A stretch of 64,000 nt of DNA from the NCBI GenBank assembly GCA_951406725.2, contig OX597839.1, positions 11,036,001 through 11,100,000 on the forward strand, read 5' to 3'. Each line of letters opens with the position of its first letter. The stretch's first letter is position 1. This document shows, piece after piece, positions 52,151-64,000 of this stretch. The notes under the pieces are model-generated. The model was not told where the DNA came from. It was given only the letters and a program-made list of their open reading frames with translations, and ran no database searches. The position numbers and the translations under genes are program-made. Source of the DNA: Octopus vulgaris. Its lineage: Eukaryota.

Positions 52151-53290
52151 TATGGTTAAATGTATGTGTGAAATGTGAATTCAAATGTGTATGTGTTTCT
52201 CTGATTGCATGGGAGAGTTTCAGTATGTATGTATGTATGTGTGTGTGTATGTGTGTGTGTGTCACTTACATTAGGATGTGCATGTGTGGAGGAGGTGGGG
52301 GTTCATGTCAATATAAATTCTGTGTGTGTTATCAAATTGCATGTGTTTGTGTATATCTGTGAAAAAAGAGGAGAAATTTGTTGTGTATATATGAATGTGA
52401 ATGACTGAATTAAATAATGTATGTATATATGTATGTTATTTAAACTAAAGTAGGTGTTGTATCACAATATAGCAACATACGTGTCGGTTTGTTATTAAAC
52501 TAAAGTGGGTGTTGTATTCAGATGTATGTTTTGCGAGGTTATAAGGCTATATACAGATGTGTGTGTGGTATTAAGCTATATCCAGATGTGTCTGTTATTC
52601 AACTAAAGTGGTTGTTATATCCAAGTGTTGAAATGAGTGTAAGGTGTAAGGATAGAATTTGTTCACTTAAAATTTTCCTCTTAAGTTTTCCCCAAGTCTT
52701 CCAAGTAGAATGTTAGATAGTAGTAATTACCAGTTGTTGTGGGTGTTTGAGTGGTGTTTGATAAGTGGTGTGTGTAGTGAGTGATAAAGAGTGATAGAAA
52801 TGTAATGTGAACACGGAGAAGCCTATAAGCTTTAGGGAGCATCTGTTGTTGAAATGGGTAGACAAGCATATATGTGAGGTTGCATAGGATTGAATGTGTT
52901 ATTCTGTGGTGGAAAAAAAAAAATGAGAGTAAAATTTGTTTTGTCATTGATTCCTTATTGGATCAGCACTTTGTTAGGATCAGTGAATGTTTGAAGTACT
53001 GATAAGGCAAGAGAAGTAGTACTGGGATGGATTGATCCTAATGTGTATAATGATTTTCTGGAGAGGTGTCAAGAGGCAGTGTGCAGGAGCTTATGTCAAC
53101 TTAGTGTTGTCAAGTGGTTTAAAAGACTATCCCTTACATGAATGACATGAATTCTGCTCATGGAAGATATTCAACACAGTATTGCATACTAACAGAGTAA
53201 TCATCAATTCTACAGTATTCTGCACTTCACCATGGTGCCTATTTACTGCTATTTACATTGAAAGTGTTATGTATGACACGGTGTAATATA

Positions 53291-53866
53291 CAAGGTAATT
53301 CAAAATGAATGGTCTGCCATTACTATGGTGCACTACTTTGACATGCTGTCCATATTTGGTTCCTGCCCCAGTTTGAAGAAAAGGTAGCTAACTTCTTTAT
53401 GCAGCAAGACTGGGCTCCACCACATTAGCATAGACACAGACACAATTACTTCAACCAGCATCTTCCAGAATGTGCTGGATTGGTCATTCTGGGATGAACG
53501 ATTTGTGCCATTGATAGTCTGGCCCCCTAACAGGTCCCCTGTCCTAATGCCTTGCAACTATTTCCTTTAGGGTATCTGAAAGCAAAGGCGTTCATACCCC
53601 CACTTCCACAGGACATAAATGTGTTAAAGTAGTGGATAGGTGATTTGGTTGACTCAGTTCATCAGGCTCTGCTGGCACAGGTGTCACAAGAACTATACTG
53701 TTGTGTAGGTGTCTGCCATGTAGCAGAGGGCACCCGCATTGAACATCTATGATTGTCAGTAGAAACTTGAAGCGTTAGCCTTTCATGTTACACCTGTATT
53801 TTTGCAATATATTCTTTACCACACTCATGTTTTCTTTTTGTCCCATTCATTTTGAATTATACCCTG
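53291..53866 (+). mobile_element. Internally deleted Tc1/mariner-superfamily transposon with a degraded DDD transposase C-terminus
   Basis: TA TSDs at 53289-53290 and 53867-53868; TIRs CAAGGTAATTCAAAATGAATGG / CCATTCATTTTGAATTATACCCTG; remnants MQQDWAPPH, WIG, WPPNRSPVLMPCNYFL, YLK, IEHL with stops and frameshifts. Confidence 0.9.
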
Positions 53867-55449
53867 TACTCCCCCCCCTCTCTTTCATTTGGCTGGTTGA
53901 TATACATACACCTCAGCTCAACAATTGTTACCAGATCTAATTTGTGTCTCTTCATTTGATTGGAGATAGCCTATATGTTGTGTCACTTTCATCAGTCATA
54001 TATCAATATACTTTGAATCATTATAAGGATCTTTATAGACCCAGGGCTAGAGAACTTAGTGATGAACAGACACTGATGAACCAATATAGATAGGTGACTT
54101 CTCCTTTTTGGGTTTAAGATTTTAATCCGATTGCTGTATAGTTGTAATTGTGTCAGCCCCTTGATTAAGATGATCCATATGTAGTTGGCTAAATAACTAG
54201 GTGTAATCCACAGAACTGTGGCTTTGAATATGTCTTTTTGCTATCAGCTTGAGGACCATATTGCACATTTCTAAAAAAAACATCCAGGGTTTGAATTATA
54301 TGTTTTTGCAGTGTGGAAGTCTAGGCCTCTACATTCTCTTTTGACTTTCTGTAAGTCTCTTGGTGATCATAGTGGAAGATGAGGTAAGCTTGGTTTGAAT
54401 AGGACAGCTGCTGATATTGTGCATCCTAATGCATTAATTTTTTAGTCACTCTTTCCTATGTGATATGGCAAGGAAATTACCCTTTCTGAAGGTAAAACAA
54501 AAGAAAATGTTTATCGGAAATATTGGTTTCAAATTTTGGCACAAGTCCAGAGTTATGAGTTTTTGCCTAAGAGTTTATATAATCACGGCATGTACCACAT
54601 GAAAAGTCACGTGCCACTTGTGACCCATACCTGCCTTAATTTTAGTTAAAATCACAGCAGCAAGCTCTTTTACTGACCTTCCCTATCTCTCTTCCCCCTC
54701 TCATATTAATTTTCTTTTTCTGGCTACCACCCTCTCTCTCTCTCTCTCTCCTCTCATACTAGTTTTCTCTTTTTCCAGCCATCACTCTTCTCTCTCACAT
54801 TAGCTCTTTCTCTCTCCTGTTGTGCTAACTCCCACTCTCTCGTTATCTCCCACCCACCCTCTCTACCTACAGTAATATGATAAACATTTACTTTAATCTC
54901 TCTCCTATCAACCAAGACCAAGCAATTTTTATGGCTGTGGATTGCTTGAACTAAATGACTAAGTCTAGATTATTATGAGTTGGTTGCCCCCAGCCCTCCT
55001 CACTCATCAAAAGTATTATTTTTATGACATTTTCTGCTTCAATTCCTCAAGTTAAATTTAGCCAGAGCTAACCCTTAATGTCTTTCTTTTGTTGTAAATT
55101 TTCTCAGCCTTTTTAACCCAGGTAATGTTGCCTTCCTAAGAACAATCTTGGAATCTGTCATATAATTCTTTTATGGTATTAGTTTTGCCTTCAATTATTG
55201 TTCCTGTTCCTTAGATATGTGTAGCTTTGTATACAGTTCTACTCAGGTTTCACATTCCTCTACACCTAACCACACTTTTGTGACAGGGAAACTCTCCCTC
55301 CCCCCTCCCTCTGGCCTTTCATACCTGAGTTGCTCTGTCTAACTGTTTTTAAGGTGGTCTCTGTTCTCTCTTAGATAAACATTTTAAGTTTGTTGTGTCA
55401 CCAGTTAATGGGTGCAGAAACCACAACAAATAAGCCGGCCTAGATATTG

Positions 55450-55670
55450 TATTCTTGTTTCAGTCACCTGGTTGTGACTGTTCTGGAGCACCGCCTTGAA
55501 AGGTCTTAACTGAAGAAGTCAACCTCAGGACATTTTTTTTATTTTTTAAGCCTGGTACTTATTTTCTCAATCACTGTTACTGCACTGCTAAGTTACATGG
55601 ATGTAAATACACCAGTGCCAGTTGTCAAGCAGTGATATGGAGGGACAAGCTTAGACCCAAAGTCACACAG

Positions 55671-55733
<63 letters not shown>

Positions 55734-55935
55734 CAATGGGCTTCTTTCAGTTTCCGTCTACCAAATCCACAAGGATTTGGTTGGCCCCAGTTTCTGTCTA
55801 TCAAATCCACTCACAAGGCTTTGGTCGGCCCAAGGCTATAGTAGAAGACACTTGCCCAAGGTGCCATGCAGTGGGACAACCCAGAGCCATGTGGTTGGTA
55901 AGCAAGCTACTTACCACACAGCCACTCCTGCGCCT
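55450..55935 (-). mobile_element. SINE-A composite (old tail plus younger head) with internal (CA)n
   Basis: Duplicated CAGTTTC.GTCTA.CAAATCCAC block near 55748 and 55788. Confidence 0.8.
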
Positions 55936-56150
55936 TTAGCGTTCAAATTTTTCAGTCAAACATGAAGCATATTTATACAAATTGGTTTGAATTAATCATG
56001 CATTATCTTGCTGCCTCTAGATTTCAATAAAGTGTTAATATATTTTTAGAGTGACATTGTATGGTAGGTGTGAGATGCTGAATTTTGGTCAGTTTGAACA
56101 TAAAAAACATGTTGGACTATTTGGGCCCGATATGGCCAGTTTAAATGCTG
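55936..56150. mobile_element. Degenerate family A MITE
   Basis: Aligns to 843-1063 (TAATCATGCATTATCTTG, CAGTTTGAACATAAAA, GATATGGCCAGTTTAAATGCT); termini damaged. Confidence 0.7.
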
Positions 56151-56168
56151 CAAATAACTATTTCATAT

Positions 56169-56398
56169 TTCTTTAATGCCCACAAGGGGGCTAAACATAC
56201 AGGGGACAAACAAGTACAGACAAAGGGATTAAGTCGATTACATCGAACCCAGTGCGTAACTGGTACTTAATTTATCAACCCCGAAAGGATGAAAGGCAAA
56301 GTCGACCTCGGTGGAATTTGAACTCAGAACGTAACGGCAGACGAAATATCGCAAAGCATCTCACCCAATGTGCTAACATTTCTGCCAGCTCACCGCCT
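56169..56398 (-). mobile_element. SINE-B, full length
   Basis: Aligns to the copies at 15126 and 24137. Confidence 0.9.
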
Positions 56399-57257
56399 TA
56401 ACTAAGTATTTCAGCTGGTTACTCCCCATACCAACATACCATCTAGCTGGAGAGACTGCAAGGGGTAGTTCAAGCCTTATGCACTCAACAAGCAAGCAAT
56501 ATGCCAAGTGTTCTATAAACAACTAACTTGAATGAAGCTCCACATAATGTGTCGTGAGCTAGTTAGCTTGGCACCACCTTGTCTTCTCTATTGCCATTAA
56601 TAAAACCTTGATGTGATTGTAGCCCCCTCATCATCCTACAGGAATTAGTCCACTGAGTTTAATCAAAGGAATTGTATTTTAGTGATGCCTTATAAATATA
56701 TGGCTCTAAGATTCACTGTAGTTGGATTTGAAATCAGAGCAACAGAAAATGTCTGAGAAGTGTGCCTTTGGTGTTGTGCTGGTGCTTCACTACCGAGTCT
56801 TTGTTCTGGCTCACTACATCTAATTAGGCTAAATGGAAAGCTTGTAATTTCTTTGATGTAGTAACTATAGCAACAATGAGAACACATGATTATTTCTGCG
56901 TGCAGATAACATTGTTGAAAGCTGTTTAATTTACAGCAACAGACCAATAACCTTAATGGACTGTGTAGCTTTTAACCATCTTCTTCTAAGTTGTGTTGCT
57001 TTCCTCTTCATTTTGAATACAGTTTTCAAATTAGATGAGAAATCTGCTCAAGTATCTCTCCTTCTCTCTCTCTCTCTCTCTCTCTGCTAGTGAAACCTTT
57101 TATTCTTTGTAAACTGTGTTGTTACTATTGTTACATCCAAAATCATCTCTCTGTACTACATCAGAAGTTTTCCAACCATGACCACCTTCTAGGATTGCAT
57201 TCACTCTTTTTTTTATCTTTATTTTTTTAAAAGAAAGCAAAAACAAAAAGAAAACAT

Positions 57258-57640
57258 AGGCACAGGTGTGGTTGTGTGGTAAGAAGCTTGCTTCCCAACC
57301 ACATAGTTCCAGGTTCAGTCCCACTGTGCCACTTTGGGCAACTGTTTTCAATAGCCATGAGCCAATCAAAGCCTTGTGGATTTGGTAGATGGAAACTGAA
57401 AGAAATTCATGATATATAAATCTATGTGTGTATATCTTCATGCCTCCTACCACTACTTGACAACTGGTGAGTTTACATACCTGTAACTTAGTGGTTCAGC
57501 AAAAGAGACTGGTGGAATAAGTACCAGGCTTTGAAAGATAAAACATAAGTACTGGGGTTGATTTGCTCAATGAAAATGCTTCCAGGCTGTGCTACAGCAT
57601 GGCCACAGTCTAATGTCTGAAATGAGTAAAAGATAAAAGA
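57258..57640 (+). mobile_element. SINE-A, older, full length
   Basis: Head AGGCACAGGTGTGG through tail GTAAAAGATAAAAGA. Confidence 0.8.
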
Positions 57641-57702
57641 TGTGATTGTGAAGAGATTTAATTCTTATTAATGACAGTAGAGAGGTTTGGGTGTGTGTGT
57701 GT

Positions 57703-57845
57703 GTGAGTTCAAATTCCAATGAGGTCGACTTTGCCTTTCATCTTTTCGGGGTTGATGAAACATGTACCAATTAAGCACTGAGGTTGATGTAATCGATTAC
57801 CCCCTTACCCCCAAAATTCAGGCCTTGTACTTATATTAGAAAATT
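57703..57845 (+). mobile_element. SINE-B 3' part
   Basis: GAGTTCAAATTCC..TGAGGTCGACTTTGCCTTTCATC core. Confidence 0.75.
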
Positions 57846-57904
57846 ATATTATATTGTATATGTAGATATGTGAGTGTGTGTATTATATATATATGATGAT
57901 GATG

Positions 57905-57905
57905 A

Positions 57906-57946
<41 letters not shown>

Positions 57947-58280
57947 TAGATAGATAAATATGTATGTGTATATATGTGTATTACATGTGTGTGTCTATAT
58001 TATGTGTATATATTTGCACACACGTAATATGTGCATGTATATATAAATATATATATATATATACATACGCACGTAATATACATGTGCATGTATATATATT
58101 GTTTGTATATATATTATGTGTGTGTATATATATATATATTGTGTATATGTATATATACACACACACACATATATATATACGGGAGTATGTGTATATATAT
58201 TGTTTGTATATACACATATGTAACATTTGTGTGCATGTATATTATATGTGTGTGTATATATATATACATGTATATATATC
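57905..58280. repeat. Compound TA/TG/CA microsatellite
   Basis: Direct inspection. Confidence 0.9.
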
Positions 58281-58818
58281 TGCCCTGTAACAATAAAAAC
58301 ACATTTTAGAAATAATTTTCATATTCAAGTTGAAATAAAGCGAGCAGTGACATTTGACATAGTTTCCTAAGAAAACAAATTAGGCGTTATCTGGCATTAA
58401 CAATGTAATCTGTATGCAAGAGGTACTTGCCGCTTCTCGCATAAATCAATGTTAACATTCACTAGAACTCTTTTCCTTCCATTATATCGAGTTCGAGGCA
58501 TAGAGTTTCTTTCTCTCTGTTGAGGTAGTTAATTTATAGTGCAGACTGGATTATTTATTCTCCTTTGCCAAAAATTTCTTTACTTTTTGCTTTCTTTTTA
58601 TTTTATTTATTTTTTTTGTATTTTTTTTTCTTGCGCTGTTACTTTGCTGAACATAAAACTCTTGTCTACAAAACGACGAGGTTCTTTGCAAATAAATTAT
58701 ATTTTAATTTTCAGCATTCGCTATTTTAAAGAAATTCAATATGAGACACACACAAAACAAGACTCCTATCTTAATGAGTTAGCAAACTACACCATTCTGT
58801 CTGTCTACCTCTCCTCTA

Positions 58819-58869
<51 letters not shown>

Positions 58870-59548
58870 GAATATATACAGAGCATGTTTAACACATGTT
58901 ACATAATACACATAACGCACCAATCTATGTTTCTTTACAAGTGACATCTTTACTTAGCTTGCTTCACTTGTAAAAACTCATGTAATTTTCAGAGATTTGC
59001 TGTTCTTCTTGGCCCCTTTTCAATAAGTGTCAATATTTCCTTCGTTGCTGATTCACAACTCACCGGTTTCTTAAATGCGGCATATTTGCATGTTTTTTTT
59101 CCCCCCTTCGTTTCTTTATTTTTTCTTCTCTATTTTTGTTGCTGTTCTCCTTTGCAGTCAACTACCGACACTCTCCTCCTCCCCCACACCGTTTTTTATT
59201 ATTATTATTTTATCTTTTATTTTCTTTCCAAACAATGGAAGTTCCATAGAAAAATCTGTGAGATTTACTTGGCCTATCCAGTTGCCTCTTCCCAGACAGC
59301 GGTCTGACAGATTTTCTGACATTCTTCTACATCTGTATTTATTTTCACTTGTAATCTGTCAGTTTATCAACATGTTGGAAATAACTCATGGAACTAAACC
59401 AGTCGGTCACCTTTCTTTGGTCTTTTTGCATCTCCAAAAGCTCTTGCTAATGGACTTGAGTATGGTGTGCATGTGTTTGTGGTCTTCTTGTGCGTGTCTG
59501 TGTGTGCAGTCATATATGTGTTGTGTGTATTTATGTATCCCCATATGC

Positions 59549-59549
<1 letters not shown>

Positions 59550-59584
<35 letters not shown>

Positions 59585-59619
59585 GTATATATCCATGTAT
59601 ATTTCTTGTATATCTGTAT

Positions 59620-59658
<39 letters not shown>

Positions 59659-59694
59659 CAGATATACAAGATATATATATATACAAACACACAC

Positions 59695-59737
<43 letters not shown>

Positions 59738-59739
59738 CA

Positions 59740-59789
<50 letters not shown>

Positions 59790-59792
59790 CAA

Positions 59793-59835
<43 letters not shown>
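59550..59835. repeat. Compound (TA)n/(CA)n microsatellite
   Basis: Direct inspection. Confidence 0.9.
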
Positions 59836-60855
59836 ATCTCATCCATCCATATATATATGTGTCTCTATGTATACATATGTGGCTATGTATGTATATGATA
59901 TATAGATTTGTGTGTGCATGAACAAAAATATGGAGAGCAAGAAGAGAGGAAAGAGCAAGATGCACATGAGAGAGAAAGAGAGGGAGGGGAGGGAGAGGAA
60001 GGCTAAGCCACTTAATCATAGAAAAAAAATGGACAATTCTTTAAAAAGCAAATACTTTTTGTCAGTTTTGATGTATGAGAAAAGTTTTAGTGATTGTAAT
60101 ATAATATTTCACTTATTGTATATTGATTAAAAAAAAAAGGGAAAAATATAAATCAAACACGCACACAGAAGAAAATAATAACAATAACGACAATAACAAT
60201 AATATGCATTATAAATATAAAACCTATCCCTGTGTGTGTTTTCTGCTGGGGGTTTTCTGTTGGTGAAATAGGGTTTGTTTGTTGCTTATCAGGTTGTAGT
60301 TTTTTTGGTTTTCTGTTGTTCCAGTTTAATATATTGCTGTCAAGTTGTGTTGTTGTAATGTTGAAACATTTGCTAGGCTAGATAGATGTTCCATTAGAAA
60401 CTACTGTTGATGGCTTTCATCTCACAACTTTATTATTTCTAACATCCTGCATTTATTCATACACACACACACACACACACACACATGCAATTTATTGGCG
60501 CACATTTTTATTATGGCTGTCAAATTGAATCCACTGATGACCACCGTCTTCATTTTAGGAATCCTTTCATGACTGTGCATCCTAGTTCTATATGCAATTG
60601 TGCACATATCATTATACGTGCATATGTGTGCACATCATCGTTCGTGGTTTGGCATGTTTTCACAAGAGACTAGAAATGAGGGATTTTGCTTCTGTGATTG
60701 CAATGCTCATGTATAACTATCACATGATGTCAAGACTAGAAAACATGCACACACACACGTCTTTTAATTTTTATTTGTTTCGGTCATTGGACTGCAGCCA
60801 TGCTGGAGCACCACCCTGAAGGATGTACTCCAGTACATTTTGGTTTTTGCTTTAA

Positions 60856-61076
60856 CCCTTTCGTTACTCTATTTATTTTGAGATGCTCTGTGTTTCTTTC
60901 AATTATTTTAAATATAACAAAGAATTTAGTAAAATAACTTAGTTATCATTAAGCTAGTATTAGGAATATAAATTGCGACTAAGGTTTGCTGGTATATTTT
61001 GATGCAAAACTTATGAAAACAAGACATTTGTACTACAGAGCCAGAGCCAGTTTCGGCCAGGTTGGTAACGAAAGAG
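60856..61076. mobile_element. piggyBac-type MITE, family B (221 bp), nested in an old SINE-A (~60760-61342)
   Basis: TTAA at 60852-60855 and 61077-61080; reverse orientation to 2650, 16224 and 26845. Confidence 0.9.
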
Positions 61077-61739
61077 TTAAGTCTGTTACTTATTCTGTCA
61101 GTCTCTTTAGCTGACCTGCTAAATTACAGGGATGTAAACGAGCCAACACCGGTTGCTAAGTGGTGGTGGGGAACAAATACAAACACACATACACATAGAT
61201 ATATGCAGCTATACATATGACAGACTTCTTGCAGTTCCTGCCTACTTCCAAGACACCAGCTCACGGTGTCACGCAAGTGGGATTGAACCTTGAGCCATGT
61301 GGTTGAGAAGCAAACTACTTATGACATGGCCATGCCCGCACCTTCTTACCACGCAGTCATGTCTGCACCTTTGTGTGTGCATGTTTGCACATAGACACAC
61401 ACGTGCATACATATACATGATGGACCTCTTTCAGTTTCTGTCTGCCAAATCCATTCACAAGGCACTTTGGTTTGCCATGCAGTGAGGCTGAATCCCAAAC
61501 TATGAGGTTGGGAATTGAACTTAACCACAGTTATGCCTGTGCCTATTACGTACATGTGTGTGTTTGTGTATTTGTATTAGTTTCAATGATGAATATTCAG
61601 TTGTTTGATCAACTGAACTACCTGCTCATTAGTAAGTGTCTGAGAAGTCCACAGCCAAGTGTTCCCATGATGTAATTTTCAGGCAGAATCAATGTAACAC
61701 TGGGTGAGACAAGGTTGTGCCTTTTGGATTAGAGGTACC

Positions 61740-62145
61740 GGATCTTTTCGGTTTGAACGGCAGTTTTTTCTAGCGGTGTCATATGAAATTGTTACCCATA
61801 ATTATGACCCTAGTATCGATCTATTGCATTTCAATCTGTTTTAGGGGTGGGGGGAAGGGTATCTTTTTTTCTTCACAAATGTAAAAAAACCCAATCTGTT
61901 TCTTAAACAAGGGACATATTCATACGGCACAGAATGTTTTTTAACTCAATAGATGTCACTGATTGGTTGAAATTGCAGAAATTGAAGATAAAAAACAACA
62001 AATATCTTACAAACTATAGAATTTTCTCAATAAAGCCAAGAGAAAAAGCTGTTTTATAAACACATTCTACCAGTATACGAAGTTTAAAAGTGTTTAGTTA
62101 CATGGAAATTATTTTAAAAAACTTCCGTTCAAACCGAAATGATCC
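61740..62145. mobile_element. MITE with 30-bp GG-initiated TIRs and 8-bp TSD (Merlin-like; superfamily uncertain)
   Basis: TIR GGATC(T/A)TTTCGGTTTGAACGG(C/A)AGTTTTTT with 2 mismatches; perfect TSD GAGGTACC at 61732-61739 and 62146-62153. Confidence 0.88.
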
Positions 62146-62443
62146 GAGGTACCCTCCATCCATTCAGTGGATTTCTATAGTTTCTGGTCAACCCCAGTTT
62201 CACTCACAAGGTAAAGTGTTGACCCGAGGCTAGAGAAAATGACATTTGCCCAGGATGCTACACAGTAAGTTTGAATCTGAGACCCTGTGATTATGATGCA
62301 AATTTATTAACCATACACACACACACACAGATATAGAAAAGAAAGAAAAATGTACTCAAATTGTCTCCTTAAGTTTATTCCTATATTCAACATTGGTGTT
62401 TCACTCTGTCATCTCTGTGAGCTTCCTTTTATTCATTCTCTAA

Positions 62444-62840
62444 AGGTGCAGGAGTGGCTGTGTGGTAAGTAGCTTGCTTACCAACCACATGGTTCTGGGG
62501 TTCAGTCCCACTGTGTGGCACCTTGGGCAAGTGTCTTCTACTATAGCCTCGGGCCGACCAAAGCCTTGTGAGTGGATTTGGTAGACGGAAACTGAAAGAA
62601 GCCCATCGTATATATGTATATATATGCGTGTGTGTGTCTGTGTTTGTCCCCCTAGCATTGCTTGACAACCGATGCTGGTGTGTTTATGTCCCCGTCACTT
62701 AGCGGTTCGGCATAAGAGACCGATAGAATAAGTACTGGGCTTACAAAAGAATAAGTGCCGGGTTCGAGTTGCTCGATTAAAGGCGGTGCTCCAGCATGGC
62801 TGCAGTCAAATGACTGAAACAAGTTAAAGAGTAACGAGAG
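62444..62840 (+). mobile_element. SINE-A, full length, young
   Basis: Head, internal microsatellite and tail intact. Confidence 0.92.
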
Positions 62841-63669
62841 TGTATGTGTTATTCCGATACTCAGAGCATAAGAGCTTCACTCTCTCGCTACTCTGAGTTT
62901 CCTCATATCCATTCTTAATAGTGTGTGTGTGTATCTAGGTGTACTTCAGTGCACCAGTAAATTCCCATCCATGGAAATGCCAAAAATATCTTCAGCTATA
63001 ACACACACACACACACACACACTTACTGTTTCTTTCTTCCTCTCACTTTTCACCTCTCCTCTGCTTTGGCAATGGTGGGAAAAGGCGGTGGGTGTGCTGG
63101 TGAGATGATTATAATATTCCTCCCTCACCACTCCTCCTATACTCTCTTCACAAATCCACTTATTAGTCAGTAGAGAGACACCAGCTATTCAAAGGTGACA
63201 TTTTCAAAAAAAAAACTTCTTTCAATTCAATTAGTAGACATGTTATAGATTTATAACACAAACTGTTTATTACTCTGCTTCCACTGCCTCCTCCTCCTCC
63301 GCTGCTGCTGCTGCTTTTGTGTTTATTCCCCAAGTCTTTTAAACCACCACCACCACCACTACCACCATCAACAGCAATCATCTAGCTATACAGGAAGTAG
63401 CAAAGACAAAGACACCATGAGTGGCAAACTTGTTGAAATTATCATGTTTTTTGTTTATGCTCAAGCTGTTTCACTTAACAAACTACTTCATTTTCACACA
63501 TTTCATTATAAAATCAGGATGATGAAATCTTTTAACCCTGTTCCAACCATATTCCAAATGGAAATATGTAATGGTTTCAATTCGGTTCAGTTTAAAAATA
63601 ATCAAGTATTTGGGGAGATTTCAGCTGGTTTCTGAAGCATAACCAAAGGGTTCTTATTTAAAAATATAC

Positions 63670-63820
63670 AGGCACAGGAGTGGCTATGTGGTAAGTAGCT
63701 TGCTTACCAACCACATGGTTCCATGACCATGGGCAAGTGTCTTCTACTATAGCTTTGTGTGTGGATTTGGTAGAAGGAAACTGAAAGAAGCCCGTTGTGT
63801 GTGTGTCTGTTTGTCTCCCC

Positions 63821-63853
<33 letters not shown>

Positions 63854-63870
63854 ATTTGTATGTGTATAAA
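63670..63870 (+). mobile_element. SINE-A 5' portion
   Basis: Head GGCACAGGAGTGGCTATGTGG through the internal microsatellite. Confidence 0.8.
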
Positions 63871-64000
63871 GAAGTAATTTCTACTCTTCTCCTCTGGAAG
63901 CCATCTACTCGCAATACCAGAGGGTGCACACTCTCCTTCCCTGATGTAATCTCCAGGGATACAGGCATCCATCAACAGGACCTTCGTAATGCCATGATGG
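63871..64000 (+). mobile_element. RTE lineage 1 3' fragment (runs off the window)
   Basis: EVISTLLLWKPSTRNTRGCTLSFPDVISRDTGIHQQDLRNAMM matches the copies at 21297 and 28823. Confidence 0.9.

Noticed and set aside
54070-54105. CTGATGA-ACC...GGT-GAC hammerhead-like motif
   Set aside because: GAAA, stem III and the stem I partner are missing.
59075-59836. Longest ORF (253 aa)
   Set aside because: Made of T-rich low-complexity sequence plus microsatellite; no recognisable domain.

Overview
AT-rich, CpG-poor animal non-coding DNA, dense in microsatellites and short interspersed repeats. The repeat complement resembles that of octopus (coleoid cephalopod) genomes; this is an inference from recognised repeat motifs, not a database hit. 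I cannot support any host protein-coding exon. Most supplied ORFs are artefacts of (TA)n/(CA)n/(AAT)n tracts or SINE copies, and the real coding remnants are all transposon fragments. Contents: (1) at least five SINE-like families; (2) fragments of several RTE-clade LINE lineages and an R4/Dong-type 3' end; (3) two piggyBac-type TTAA MITE families whose intact copies are almost all exactly 221 bp; (4) hAT-type and Merlin-like MITEs, two non-autonomous Helitrons and an internally deleted Tc1/mariner; (5) Penelope-like inserts in (TA)n tracts carrying hammerhead-ribozyme cores. A SINE-free stretch (about 48.7-53.3 kb) holds a homotypic cluster of ATCACATGACCTG motifs. The window may be a large intron or intergenic regulatory region. 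Boundaries of older SINE copies are approximate.
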